From contig OZ250186.1 in assembly GCA_965238275.1 (NCBI GenBank), positions 1,600,001-1,664,000 on the forward strand: DNA of 64,000 bases. The letters are read 5' to 3'. Each line of letters starts with the position of its first letter. Within the stretch, counting starts at the first letter, position 1. The position numbers were made by a program, and so were the translations under genes. A model generated the notes under the pieces. That model ran no database searches and was not told where the DNA came from. It saw only the letters and a list, made by a program, of their open reading frames with translations. This DNA is from Nitrosopumilus sp. Lineage in GTDB: Archaea > Thermoproteota > Nitrososphaeria > Nitrososphaerales > Nitrosopumilaceae. Below, piece by piece: positions 19,894-29,827 of this stretch.

Positions 19894-21210
19894 TATCAGC
19901 CACCGCTCGTCCAGCCTGAAGAAGTTCCTGTAGCTTGCCCTGATGGAGTCGCCGGGGGTGCCAAACGAGCCCCCCCTCAGAACCTTCTGGTTTGTAAACC
20001 ACTTGTCGTTGTACTCGTCAAACCCCGACTCAAACCCCGGATACCCTGTAAACTCAGACGAGGTCCACTCCCATACGTCCCCTATCATCTGCTGGCACCC
20101 GTAGTGGCTGGCACCGCTCCTCCCGTACGCGCCTGCCTCTGCACATCCCCAGACGTACGACTCCAGCAGGTTGCACCGCTCCGGGGTGGGCAGCTGATCC
20201 CCCCACGGGTATGCAGTCTTTGCCTGCGCCTTCTCGCTCCAGCATGCAGCCTTCTCCCACTCGGCCTCCGTGGGAAGCCTTCTTCCTGCCCACTTGCAGT
20301 ACGCGTCTGCCTCGTAAAAACTGACGTGGCACACCGGCTCGTCCGGGTTGATACCCCTGATTCCGCGAAAGTCCCTCACGCTCCACTGGCCGTCGACCTT
20401 CTTCTTCTCCCAGTACATCGGGGCGCTCCATCCGTTCCCCTTGACCTTCTCCCATCCGTCTGAGAGCCAGTACTTGTATGTCTCGTATCCGCCGTCCTCT
20501 ACAAACTCCAGAAACTGCCCGTTTGTCACCGGGAGTACGTCCATGGTGTACTCCTCCAGGTACACCCTGTGCTCGGGCAGCTCTATGTCATAGCAGTAGC
20601 CGTCCCCCCCGTGCCCCATGGTGTAGATGCCTCCGCCAATCCGCACCGAGCCTGCCTGTACTCTGCCCCCCTTGGGGGCGCTGTTTCTTCTTGCCGGCCT
20701 GTACTGCTCTGCCAGAAGGTGCTGCAGGTCGTACACCAGCAGCTCCTGGTGCTGGCACTCGTGGTGGAATCCCATGGTGATCAGCCTGGCGTCATCTCCG
20801 TCCATGTCGTGCGTCCGGATGAAATCCTCGACCCTCTTGGTAACCATCCCAAAGTATTCGAAGATCTGCTCTGTCGTGGGCCTTGAAATGACGCCGCGCA
20901 GCCCCTTGTCGTGCGGGACCCCGAACTGCTGATAGTACGAATTAAGGTACTCTGAAAACTCTTCTGAATAAAACTCATAGCCTGGATCCAGCTTGCTCAT
21001 GATGGCCTCGTAGATCCAGCTGACATGGCCCACATGCCACTTTGGGGGGCTCATAAAGACGGCCGTCTGCACCACAAAGTCATCCTTTTCCAGCGTCTTT
21101 ACAAGCTCCAGAGTCCTCTGTCTTGTCCTCCTGAACATGTCCAAAAGGGGTTCTCTGTCCTGTAGTACGGTGCCGCTGCTGCTGCTGCTGCTGCTGCTGC
21201 TGCCTGCCAA
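19870..21210 (-). CDS. egtB: ergothioneine biosynthesis sulfoxide synthase
   Basis: DinB domain SPPKWHVGH / HHECQHQE plus FGE-sulfatase domain (RLPTEAEWEKA, GFRCA); convergent with egtD. Confidence 0.93.
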   Translation of the reverse strand: MAGSSSSSSSSSGTVLQDREPLLDMFRRTRQRTLELVKTLEKDDFVVQTAVFMSPPKWHVGHVSWIYEAIMSKLDPGYEFYSEEFSEYLNSYYQQFGVPHDKGLRGVISRPTTEQIFEYFGMVTKRVEDFIRTHDMDGDDARLITMGFHHECQHQELLVYDLQHLLAEQYRPARRNSAPKGGRVQAGSVRIGGGIYTMGHGGDGYCYDIELPEHRVYLEEYTMDVLPVTNGQFLEFVEDGGYETYKYWLSDGWEKVKGNGWSAPMYWEKKKVDGQWSVRDFRGIRGINPDEPVCHVSFYEADAYCKWAGRRLPTEAEWEKAACWSEKAQAKTAYPWGDQLPTPERCNLLESYVWGCAEAGAYGRSGASHYGCQQMIGDVWEWTSSEFTGYPGFESGFDEYNDKWFTNQKVLRGGSFGTPGDSIRASYRNFFRLDERWLISGFRCAG

Positions 21211-21273
21211 CGTTTTCCCCCAAACAGCTCCATTATTATGTCTGATCCCGGATCCCCTGTCCGCCGGATACTG

Positions 21274-22728
21274 TCAGTATCCCCTTGCGAGAACCGGCCG
21301 TGATGCTGCCTGCCTATGGCAGCACATGCATGTATGATCAGGGCCCGCACCCTCCGACGGAATGAGCCTGATCTCGGCACCCGTGTCGTCCTTGATCTGT
21401 TTTTCACACTCTGCCCTGCCGCACCATGGCACGACAAAGAATCCTCCGCCGCTCTTCATCCTCTCCTTGAACTCCGCATAGTCTGTCACTCCGAAGGTGT
21501 TTGCCTCTGCCTGCTCCTGCGCCTTTCTGAACATGTCCTTCTGGATCTCCTCAAGAATTCCCGGAATCCTTTCAGTCTCTGCAATGCCGATGCTGCACTT
21601 TTCATGGCTGTGCCTCCTTACTACCTGCATGCTCTGTTCCTGGATGTCCCGCGGGCCTATCTCGATTCGTATGGGAACCCCCCTCATCTCCCAGTCGTTA
21701 AACTTGTATCCTGGCGAGAATCCGTCCCTGTCATCCAGGTGCACCCTGACTCCCCTTGATGCTAGGTCCCTCCTGATCCCTCCGGCCTTCTCCATCACAG
21801 TCTTTTTTGCAGTATCGTTCCTGTATATTGGCACTATTACTGCCTGTATCGGGGCAACCTTGGGGGGCAGCACCAGGCCCTGGTCGTCCCCGTGCACCAT
21901 GATCATCGCACCGATCAGCCTCCATGAGACGCCCCATGATGTCTGCCATGCAAAATGCTCCACGTTGTCCTTGTCTGCAAACTTTACCTCAAAGGGTATG
22001 GAGAAGTTCTGTCCCAGAAAGTGGGACGTTCCCATCTGCAGCGCCTTTCCGTCAGGCATTATCGACTCTATGGTGTCCGTATACATGGAGCCTACAAACT
22101 TTTCATTCTCGCTCTTCCTTCCTGCAATGACTGGGATTGCCAGCTGTTCCTGGACGGTATCCCTGTATATCTCCAGTATCCTTGAGACCTCCTCTTCTGC
22201 CTCCTCCTGGGTTGCGTGTACTGTGTGCCCCTCCTGCCACAGAAACTCTGAGGTCCTGAGGAACGGCTTTGTTGCCTTGATCTCCGCCCTCAGGGCAGTG
22301 TTCCAAAAGTTGATCTTCAGCGGCAGGTCCCTCCAGCTCTGGATCCACTTTGCGTACATGGTGTATGCCAGCGTCTCTGAAGTCGGCCTTAGCGCAAGCC
22401 TGTCCCCTATGGCGTCCTCCCCTGAGTGAGTCACCCAGAACACCTCCGGATTGAACCCTGCAAAATGCTTCTTCTCCCTTCCAAGGAGCGATTCGGGAAT
22501 CAGTATGGGCAGGAATCCGTTTCTGACTCCCTCTGCTGCAAACCTTTCATCAAACCTGACCCTTAGCGACTCCCAGATGGAGTATCCGTCAGGCCTTAAA
22601 ACGATGAGTCCCTTGACAGGCGCATAGTCTGCAAGCTCTGCCTTTTGGACCACCTGGGTGTACCACTCGCTAAAGTCTTCCTTCTTTGAGACTGTGATGC
22701 CTACGTCCTCCTTGTTCAACCCAACCAT
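21274..22728 (-). CDS. proS: prolyl-tRNA synthetase (archaeal type)
   Basis: FSEWY, LRPTSET, PFLRTSEFLWQEGH, QTSWG, C-terminal RGY. Confidence 0.96.
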   Translation of the reverse strand: MVGLNKEDVGITVSKKEDFSEWYTQVVQKAELADYAPVKGLIVLRPDGYSIWESLRVRFDERFAAEGVRNGFLPILIPESLLGREKKHFAGFNPEVFWVTHSGEDAIGDRLALRPTSETLAYTMYAKWIQSWRDLPLKINFWNTALRAEIKATKPFLRTSEFLWQEGHTVHATQEEAEEEVSRILEIYRDTVQEQLAIPVIAGRKSENEKFVGSMYTDTIESIMPDGKALQMGTSHFLGQNFSIPFEVKFADKDNVEHFAWQTSWGVSWRLIGAMIMVHGDDQGLVLPPKVAPIQAVIVPIYRNDTAKKTVMEKAGGIRRDLASRGVRVHLDDRDGFSPGYKFNDWEMRGVPIRIEIGPRDIQEQSMQVVRRHSHEKCSIGIAETERIPGILEEIQKDMFRKAQEQAEANTFGVTDYAEFKERMKSGGGFFVVPWCGRAECEKQIKDDTGAEIRLIPSEGAGPDHTCMCCHRQAASRPVLARGY

Positions 22729-22764
22729 CTGCGGAATAATTTAACTAATGAGCCTTTCGTAGAT

Positions 22765-23049
22765 TTACAGCGGATCGCCCTTGCACAGGACCACGCCCTT
22801 GACCCTGCTCTGGAAGTTCGGGCACACAAAGCACTTGACAAAATGCGTCTCCTCTTTGAAGACCGGACAGTCCACAAACTCCATCTTCATCTTTTTGAGC
22901 ATCTTTGGGCTGACGCCCTTTAGCTTCAGCTTGCCCTTCTCGTCCATCATTCCTGATGCCTTGAGTTCCGCCTTGAGGCTGTCATCCATCTTCTGCCTCT
23001 TCTCGGTTTTTTCAACCTTTACTTCGAACCTGTGTTCCAACTCGCCCAT
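22765..23049 (-). CDS. hypothetical protein with Cys motifs
   Basis: 94-aa ORF, CP...CFVC...C, codon usage like neighbours. Confidence 0.65.
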   Translation of the reverse strand: MGELEHRFEVKVEKTEKRQKMDDSLKAELKASGMMDEKGKLKLKGVSPKMLKKMKMEFVDCPVFKEETHFVKCFVCPNFQSRVKGVVLCKGDPL

Positions 23050-23192
23050 GCTGATTTCTCTGATGCCTGTGATTTATTGTTAACGATTCGGGGTGATGCA
23101 TCAGGACGCGCAGTCCTGCCTGGGATGCGGCCTGGCCTGCAGGCACAAATTCAAGCTTTGACATTTAATTATCGCAAAATCCAGGGCAAGAC

Positions 23193-23916
23193 GGTGACGG
23201 ATTCCAATGAACATGTCTCCAAAGGAGACTCGCTTGCCAAACTGGGCAGACACGAGGAGGCCATACTGTGTTTCGATGAGGCGATACGAATGGAACCAAA
23301 CGATGCCGGTGCCTACAACTGCAAGGCGCTCTCGCTTGCCAAACTGGGCAGACACGAGGAGGCCATGCTGTTTTTCAATGCGGCAAAACGAATGGATTCA
23401 AGTGACGGCCGTGTCAGTTATGTCAAGGCATTCTCGCTTGCCAGACAAGACAGGCACGAGGAGGCCATCCTGGGCTACGATGACGTGCTGCGAATGGACC
23501 CAAACCTTGTCGTTGCGCATATCAGCAAGGGAATCTCGCTTGCCAAACTGGGCAGACACGAGGAGGCCGTCCTGTGCTACGATGAGGCAATTGGGACAGA
23601 ACCGAATCGTGCCAGCGCCCGTTACAACAAGGCGCTCTCGCTTGCCGAACTGGGCAGACACGAGGAGGCCATACTGTGTTTCAGCGAGGCAATACGGCTA
23701 GGACCAAATTACGTTCGCGCTTATATTGGCAAGGCGCTCTCGCTTGCCAAACAAAACAGACACGAGGAGGCCATACTGTGTTTTGATGAGGCAATACGAA
23801 TCGATCCAAACGATGCCGGTGCCTACAGCGGCAAGGCACTCTCGCTTGCCAAACTGGGCAGACACGAGGATGCAAAAAAGGCACATGCCCTGGCCAGGAA
23901 CAGGCGTGAATGTTGA
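23193..23916 (+). CDS. tetratricopeptide repeat protein (about 7 TPRs)
   Basis: 34-aa repeats KxxSLAKLGRHEEAxLCFDEAI; 102-bp DNA period; probable GTG start 23193. Confidence 0.9.
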
Positions 23917-23927
23917 GATGATCTCAC

Positions 23928-24182
23928 ATGAGACCTTGCAGGCGCGGGCAACCACGAAACAGAGGCAAGTATTTCTGGCAGGCCTTCCTGTATACTGTAT
24001 TGTCTCCGGGTAGCTTGATAGCAATAGCAGCAGCCATTGGTGGTGGATTTATGCTTGTGCGTGGCCTACTTCCGACCATTTCGGGCGAAACGATTAATCT
24101 GGAATTTGCCGGGGTGGGGGCCATCATAATGGTGCTGGGCGTTGCTGTGTTGAAAAAAAGGAATTCCAGAAAGAAAAGATAA
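23928..24182 (+). CDS. small two-TM membrane protein
   Basis: Two hydrophobic stretches and a basic C-terminus. Confidence 0.5.
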   Translation: MRPCRRGQPRNRGKYFWQAFLYTVLSPGSLIAIAAAIGGGFMLVRGLLPTISGETINLEFAGVGAIIMVLGVAVLKKRNSRKKR

Positions 24183-24433
24183 GGCCCTGACCGCCTTTAC
24201 TGAGGCCGGCATCATCTCTGATTCCATGTGACAATGCGACTTGTCTTGACGCCGGGCACGGGATTCCCCACAGGCATCCGTTTTCCTTCTATCCCTTAAA
24301 CCAAAACCCCCCACAGGCATCATGGCGATGGCGCCGTCAGGCCGTTCCTGCGGGGACACCGTTCCAATGTGGTGATTTTTTATGACAAACCGACGGGGAC
24401 CGGAAGATAAACTTTAATATTCTTAGAAATTTT

Positions 24434-25102
24434 TTGCAGACCAGAGATCAGTTGCTTGTAATTTTTGACGTTGAGGGTGTTTTGTACGACGAGGAATACC
24501 TTCCCATCCTTGCCGAGAAGATGAACAAGGAGGACGAGATCTGGAAGATCACAAAGGAGGGAATCCAGGGGAAGATCAACTGGGAGGATGGCCTGCGGAC
24601 GCGCATTGCAGCACTGAGGGGGCTGGATGAGAAGACATGCCGGGATGTGTCTGACTCGCTGCCAATAATGACCGGTGCCAAGAAGGCATGCCAGGTACTC
24701 AAGGCTGCCGGGTGGAAGATCATGGCAGTCTCAGGCGGCTTTACAATAATGATGGAGCGGCTTCAAAAGGAGCTGGGAATCGACTACATATTTTCAAACG
24801 AGCTCGTATTCAAGGACGGGAAGCTTGACGGCGTCAAAATCAGCGTAGACTCTGACAAGTCAAAATCTGCGCTAATAAAGATAGCCGAATGGCAGGAGAA
24901 AAAAGAAGACATCGTGTGCGTGGTGGATGGCGCCAACGACGTAAAACTCTTCGAGATATGCAGCCTGAGCATCGCGTACAGGGCGCAGGACCTCGTCAAG
25001 GATCTGGCAACCTCCACGCTTGAGGAAAAAGACCTGTCCGGAATCCTGGGAATAATCAACAAGCACTACGGACTGAACCTGGGTTCCGGGACTGCCGCAT
25101 AA
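24434..25102 (+). CDS. serB: phosphoserine phosphatase (HAD)
   Basis: FDVEGVL, VSGGF, DGAND motifs. Confidence 0.85.
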   Translation: MQTRDQLLVIFDVEGVLYDEEYLPILAEKMNKEDEIWKITKEGIQGKINWEDGLRTRIAALRGLDEKTCRDVSDSLPIMTGAKKACQVLKAAGWKIMAVSGGFTIMMERLQKELGIDYIFSNELVFKDGKLDGVKISVDSDKSKSALIKIAEWQEKKEDIVCVVDGANDVKLFEICSLSIAYRAQDLVKDLATSTLEEKDLSGILGIINKHYGLNLGSGTAA

Positions 25103-25131
25103 ACAATTTTTACCCGACCGCCCCAGATGGT

Positions 25132-25860
25132 ATGATGCAGGTAATTCCGGTCCATATTCCAAGGGAGATTGAACCGTCTGATGACCTGCCTGGAATAATA
25201 TCCGAGCATGCTGCCGTGCGTGACGGGGACGTGATAGTCGTTGCCCAAAAGATTGTCTCAAAGCAGGAGGGCCGGACGGTTCGCCTCTCGTCTGTAACCC
25301 CGACACTGCTCTCTGAGGGGATAGCCTCCCAGTACCAAAAGGATCCCCGCATAATAGAACTGATCCTCTCCGAGTCCAGGCGCATCGTACGGATGGGCGA
25401 CGGCATCATAATAGTCCAGACAAACTCCGGATTCATCTGCGCAAACGCAGGAATTGACCAGAGCAATGTAAAGTGCGGCTACGTGACGCTTCTTCCGGCC
25501 GACTCTGATGAATCGGCAAAAAGAATCCGCAGGGGCATAAAAGAGAGAACCGGCATGAGCGTTGCAGTAATCATCTCCGATACGTTTGGACGTCCGCATC
25601 GAATGGGGCAGACCAACTGCGCCATCGGAATATCCGGGATGAATCCCATCTTGGACTATGCAGGAACCATGGACTCCTTTGGAAACGTCCTGCGGGTCAC
25701 TGCCATTGCAGTATCTGACGAGCTTGCCTCCGCTGCAGAGCTGGTCATGGCAAAGGCCTCAGGATGCCCGGTTGCAGTCATTCGCGGGTACAGGTTTGAG
25801 GCGGGGAGCCGTCTTGCCGGCGACCTGATACGGCCCAAAGCAGACGACCTGTTTGGATGA
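25132..25860 (+). CDS. cofE: coenzyme F420-0:L-glutamate ligase
   Basis: KIVSKQEG, CANAGIDQSN, DTFGRP.R.G, DELASAA. Confidence 0.92.
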   Translation: MMQVIPVHIPREIEPSDDLPGIISEHAAVRDGDVIVVAQKIVSKQEGRTVRLSSVTPTLLSEGIASQYQKDPRIIELILSESRRIVRMGDGIIIVQTNSGFICANAGIDQSNVKCGYVTLLPADSDESAKRIRRGIKERTGMSVAVIISDTFGRPHRMGQTNCAIGISGMNPILDYAGTMDSFGNVLRVTAIAVSDELASAAELVMAKASGCPVAVIRGYRFEAGSRLAGDLIRPKADDLFG

Positions 25861-26004
25861 TTCCCCTTTGGGACAGCCTGCAATCCACTCTATGCCGTGC
25901 AGGGACATCTGCCTGACCTGAAAACCCACGAACAAACCGGCAGCATGGGCAAACAACAGCTGGGAACTGCCCCTTCCCCTACCGGCATTTTCGTCTCTTG
26001 GCGC

Positions 26005-26823
26005 CTATCCTTGCGCCTTTTCCAGAAACTCGTGCAGATCCTTTGAGGGCTCCGGAAACTGCGGATTCATATCCCTTAGCGCACCGGCTATGATCTGCCC
26101 TACGACCCAGTTGCGGTACCACTTGTTGTCTGACGGTACCACATACCACGGGGCCCACTGGGTGCTGCACCTTTCCAGCACCTGTTCGAATGCCTCCATG
26201 TGCCTGTCCCAGTGCTTTCGCTCCTCAAAGTCTGCCTTGCTGAACTTCCAGTGCTTCAGGGGATTGTTGACCCTCTTGTCCAGCTTTCTCTTCTGCTCGT
26301 CCTTGCTTATGTGCAGGTAAAACTTGATGGTCCTGATGCCGTCGTCCCTGAGCATCTTCTCAAAGTTGTTGATGTGCTCGTACCTCTTTTTCCATCTCTC
26401 CTCCGGCAGGAGGCCGTGCACGCCGACTGCCAGGATGTCGCCGTAGTGCGACCTGTTGAATATCGTGATCTCTCCATGCGCCGGTGCCACCCTGTGAATG
26501 CGCCACAAAAAGTCGTGCCTTATCTCCACTGAGTTTGGGACCCGGAACGAGACCACCCTGCACCCTTGGGGGTTGAACCCCTGCATGGCATCCCGTATGG
26601 TGCCGTCCTTGCCCCCTGCGTCCATTGCCTGTAAAACGATCAGCAGCGCCTGCTTGCTCTCTGCAAAAAGCCGGGTCTGAAGGTCAAACAGCTCCAGATG
26701 TATATCGTCGAGTTCCTTTTTTGCCTGCTTCTTTGTCAGATCCCCGCCGTATCCTGCGTCCATCTTGTTCAGGCTAACCTTGGTGCCCGGCTCCACGCAA
26801 AAATCTGACTCGTTAAAGGCCAA
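26005..26823 (-). CDS. ppk2: polyphosphate kinase 2 family protein
   Basis: QAMDAGGKDG, FNRSHY, WKFS..D, APWYVVPSD.KW. Confidence 0.9.
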   Translation of the reverse strand: MAFNESDFCVEPGTKVSLNKMDAGYGGDLTKKQAKKELDDIHLELFDLQTRLFAESKQALLIVLQAMDAGGKDGTIRDAMQGFNPQGCRVVSFRVPNSVEIRHDFLWRIHRVAPAHGEITIFNRSHYGDILAVGVHGLLPEERWKKRYEHINNFEKMLRDDGIRTIKFYLHISKDEQKRKLDKRVNNPLKHWKFSKADFEERKHWDRHMEAFEQVLERCSTQWAPWYVVPSDNKWYRNWVVGQIIAGALRDMNPQFPEPSKDLHEFLEKAQG

Positions 26824-26987
26824 CCTGTCCTGTCTGTTCTACAGCATGTGTTATAAGCATGCCTTCAGCAGTTCATATCCGCCGTTGCAACTGACAGGAT
26901 ATCGCAACGCAACGGGTGGCAAGTCAGCGGTCCAGGCAGCAACCATTCAATAAGACTATTATCTTATGCCGGGGGAGTTTACTTGAA

Positions 26988-27951
26988 ATGCCTGTCCGCA
27001 CCGAACTGCATTGTCACAACTCATACTCGAACTTTCATCTTGGCAGCGACGATCCGCCGTATGACTGCGATATATCCATACGAGACCAGCTGGAGCGCTC
27101 CTACACACTGGGCCTTGATGCAATATTTGTCACAAACCACAACACGCTTGACGGATACTCGCAGATTCTGGAGTACAAAAACGACCATGAAAAGTTCAAA
27201 GACATCCGCGTCTTTCCGGCAGAGGAGGTTACGACTGATTCGGGGGCACACGTCATTGCATACGGGATACGCAAGACCATCCCTGCAGGACTCGGCATTG
27301 ACGAGATTGTCGACTGCGTAAGGCAGCAGGGCGGAGTCTCGTCTGCGCCCCATCCGTTCAGCCTGCTTGATGCCCTGCGCGAGGATGCAGGAAAATGCGA
27401 CATGGTTGAGGTCTTTAACAGCAACAACGTGGATGTGATCTCAAATGCGCGTGCCACGCAGTTTGCACTGGACAGGGGCATGACCCGGGTGGCCGGGAGC
27501 GACTCGCACATACTGTCAACCCTGGGGCGGTGCGTAAATGTCATAGATTCTGAGGATTCCCTTGACGATGTCCTGCACGGCATGCGGTCAACTATCAGAA
27601 CATGGATCCCGGATTCATGAAGGAGAGAAACCTGGGCACGGCAGGATAAGAATCGAGCAGACCGGATATGCCATGCAAAAGGAGATTCTTGGCCACCTCC
27701 GGTACAAGGTCAACAGCTCGCGGGAATACATGACAGAGTACATCTCTGAGCACTATCCAAACTCAAAATGGCTGCTGAATCTGATGCTGAGAATCTACGA
27801 TGCTGATCAGGACAGCCACCTGTGGGGAATGTTCTACAGGATCGCCCTTTACATCATGCGGAGGATATCAAAAAAGGTCAACTATCAGAACATGGATCCC
27901 GGATTCATGAAGGAGAGAAACCTGGCCACAATGTTTCGGATGGCGCTTTAG
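26988..27951 (+). pseudogene. PHP-domain protein split by a 49-nt insertion
   Basis: LHCHN, VTNHN, APHPF, GSDSH motifs; removing 27588-27636 rejoins ...HGMR-HGRIRIEQ... to ORF ending 27951. Confidence 0.85.
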
Positions 27952-27996
27952 GACAAGCTCATCTTCCGTAGATTTTAATATGACAAAACACCTTCG

Positions 27997-28248
27997 ATGG
28001 ATGATATCATGTCTGAGACTGCCAAAAAACTGGATGCGACAGGACTGTTCTGCCCGGAACCCGTCTTTAGAACCAAGATAGAGATTGAGCGGATGCAGGT
28101 GGGCCATACCCTTACCGTCTCTGCTGATGATCCTGCAGCAGCAGCAGAGGACGACATCAGCCGCTGGGTCACAAGAAACGGCCACGAACTCCTTGACATG
28201 TCAAAGGACGGCGATGTCATAACGTTCCAGATTAAAAAGGTGAAGTAG
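27997..28248 (+). CDS. tusA: TusA/SirA-family sulfur carrier
   Basis: LDATGLFCPEP motif. Confidence 0.88.
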   Translation: MDDIMSETAKKLDATGLFCPEPVFRTKIEIERMQVGHTLTVSADDPAAAAEDDISRWVTRNGHELLDMSKDGDVITFQIKKVK

Positions 28249-28255
28249 CCGCACC

Positions 28256-29245
28256 ATGACCCTCGTCAACACCTCTGTCCTGAACCGTGTGGGAAACACG
28301 CCGCTTGTTCCACTTGACTCCCTGTCTGAGGGTGCCACAACATACCATGCAAAGCTGGAAGGGCACAACCCCTTTGGCTCCGTAAAGGACAGGGCCGCCC
28401 TCTGGATGATACGGGACGGCGAGGAGAGGGGGATCCTGACTCCCGGCAAGAGCATCATAATCGAGCCCACATCCGGCAACACGGGAATCGCACTGACCGG
28501 GATAGCAAGCATTCTGGGATACAAGACAGAGGTCGTGGTGCCAGAGAAGGTAAGCAACGAGACCAAGGAGATCATAAGGGCCCTTGGCGCCAAGGTCTTT
28601 GAGACCAGTGATGATCTGTGTCCCAAGGTCGGGCCGGGCACAGACCAGAGCATCGCCCTTGCCACATCCATTGCATCCTCAAGGCCTGACACGTACTACT
28701 CCCCCAACCAGTATGCAAACGAGGCCAACTTCAAAGGCCACTACGTGGGAACAGGCCCCGAGATATGGAAGCAGACTGACGGCAAGGTAACCCATTTCTT
28801 TACGGGCGTGGGAACCGGCGGCACGATCACCGGAGTCGGCGCGTTCCTCAAGGAACAAAACCCCGACGTAAAGATAATCGGCTGCCAGCCGCAAAAGGAC
28901 CACCTGATTCAGGGATGGCGAAACTTTGAAGAGTCGGCAAAGCCTGATCTGTTCTTGAAGCGCGAGGGCGTGGTTGACGACTGGATAAGCGTGGATAACG
29001 AGGAGGCCTTTTCGGTGGTGCGCGAAGTCTTTGAAAGGGACCGCCTCTTAATCAGCCCCTCGTCTGCAGCAGTATACGCATGCATGAAAAAGTATCCCGT
29101 GCAGGGAGATGCGTGCGTGGTCGGAATCTTTGCAGACGACGGAAGAAAGTTCAAAAGCGTCTATTCCTCCCTTGGGGTCATGACTCCAGACGAGTTTGAC
29201 GATGCGCTAAAGGGCGCACAGCACATGTCAGAACTGGCATACTAG
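28256..29245 (+). CDS. PLP-dependent cysteine synthase family protein
   Basis: GNTPLV, NPFGSVKDR, PTSGNTG, GTGGT. Confidence 0.9.
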   Translation: MTLVNTSVLNRVGNTPLVPLDSLSEGATTYHAKLEGHNPFGSVKDRAALWMIRDGEERGILTPGKSIIIEPTSGNTGIALTGIASILGYKTEVVVPEKVSNETKEIIRALGAKVFETSDDLCPKVGPGTDQSIALATSIASSRPDTYYSPNQYANEANFKGHYVGTGPEIWKQTDGKVTHFFTGVGTGGTITGVGAFLKEQNPDVKIIGCQPQKDHLIQGWRNFEESAKPDLFLKREGVVDDWISVDNEEAFSVVREVFERDRLLISPSSAAVYACMKKYPVQGDACVVGIFADDGRKFKSVYSSLGVMTPDEFDDALKGAQHMSELAY

Positions 29246-29712
29246 CCTGCAGCCATTCCACTCAGGTTCTTCTCGTAAAACTCCCTGAACATCTGGTTCA
29301 TGTCCCTTTCATGGCGGAGGCATTCCTGGCTCTGCCGGAACAGCCTGTCTCTTACATCCCTGCTCCACTTGCTCTGCTGCCTGTCCTTGGAATCCACTAT
29401 GGACGGGTTTGCCATAACCTCCTCCATCGTCTTGACGAGGGACGAGGCCAGCTGGCGCATCCGGCCCGTCCTCAGCAGAAACATCTGCGACTCCTCCTTG
29501 TTTACAAGTCCCATGACAGAGTATGCCTGGGCGTAGTACTCCATGCTAGTCTTGATGTATCCATCAAAGCCTGTTATTCTTTTCTCCCAGTATTTTTTGG
29601 ACGGCTTTTCCTTCACCTTGTAGCTGAACCTGATCTCCTGCAGTTCCCTTGAGAGTTCTGCAAGCCTCTGGCTGCACTGTATGACGGCCTCTTTTAATTC
29701 CGAATTATCCAC
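29242..29712 (-). CDS. hypothetical helical protein
   Basis: 156-aa ORF with host-like codon usage. Confidence 0.65.
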   Translation of the reverse strand: MDNSELKEAVIQCSQRLAELSRELQEIRFSYKVKEKPSKKYWEKRITGFDGYIKTSMEYYAQAYSVMGLVNKEESQMFLLRTGRMRQLASSLVKTMEEVMANPSIVDSKDRQQSKWSRDVRDRLFRQSQECLRHERDMNQMFREFYEKNLSGMAAG

Positions 29713-29827
29713 ATGGCTGGAATGGTTTTTTCCTAATAAAGCGTTTAGCGTACTTTGAATCGTTATCTTGGCACGCAGACCCGGACTAATCTGGCGCAGG
29801 ATATCCTGTTATATTAGACATCGCGAC

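Noticed and set aside
23228-23870. Regularly spaced ~34-bp DNA repeats resembling a CRISPR array
   Set aside because: 102-bp period in frame with TPR units of a continuous ORF; inter-repeat segments are homologous to one another
6357-27925. Diversity-generating retroelement as the cause of the repeat pairs
   Set aside because: Copies are identical with no adenine-specific mismatches, and there is no reverse transcriptase in the window
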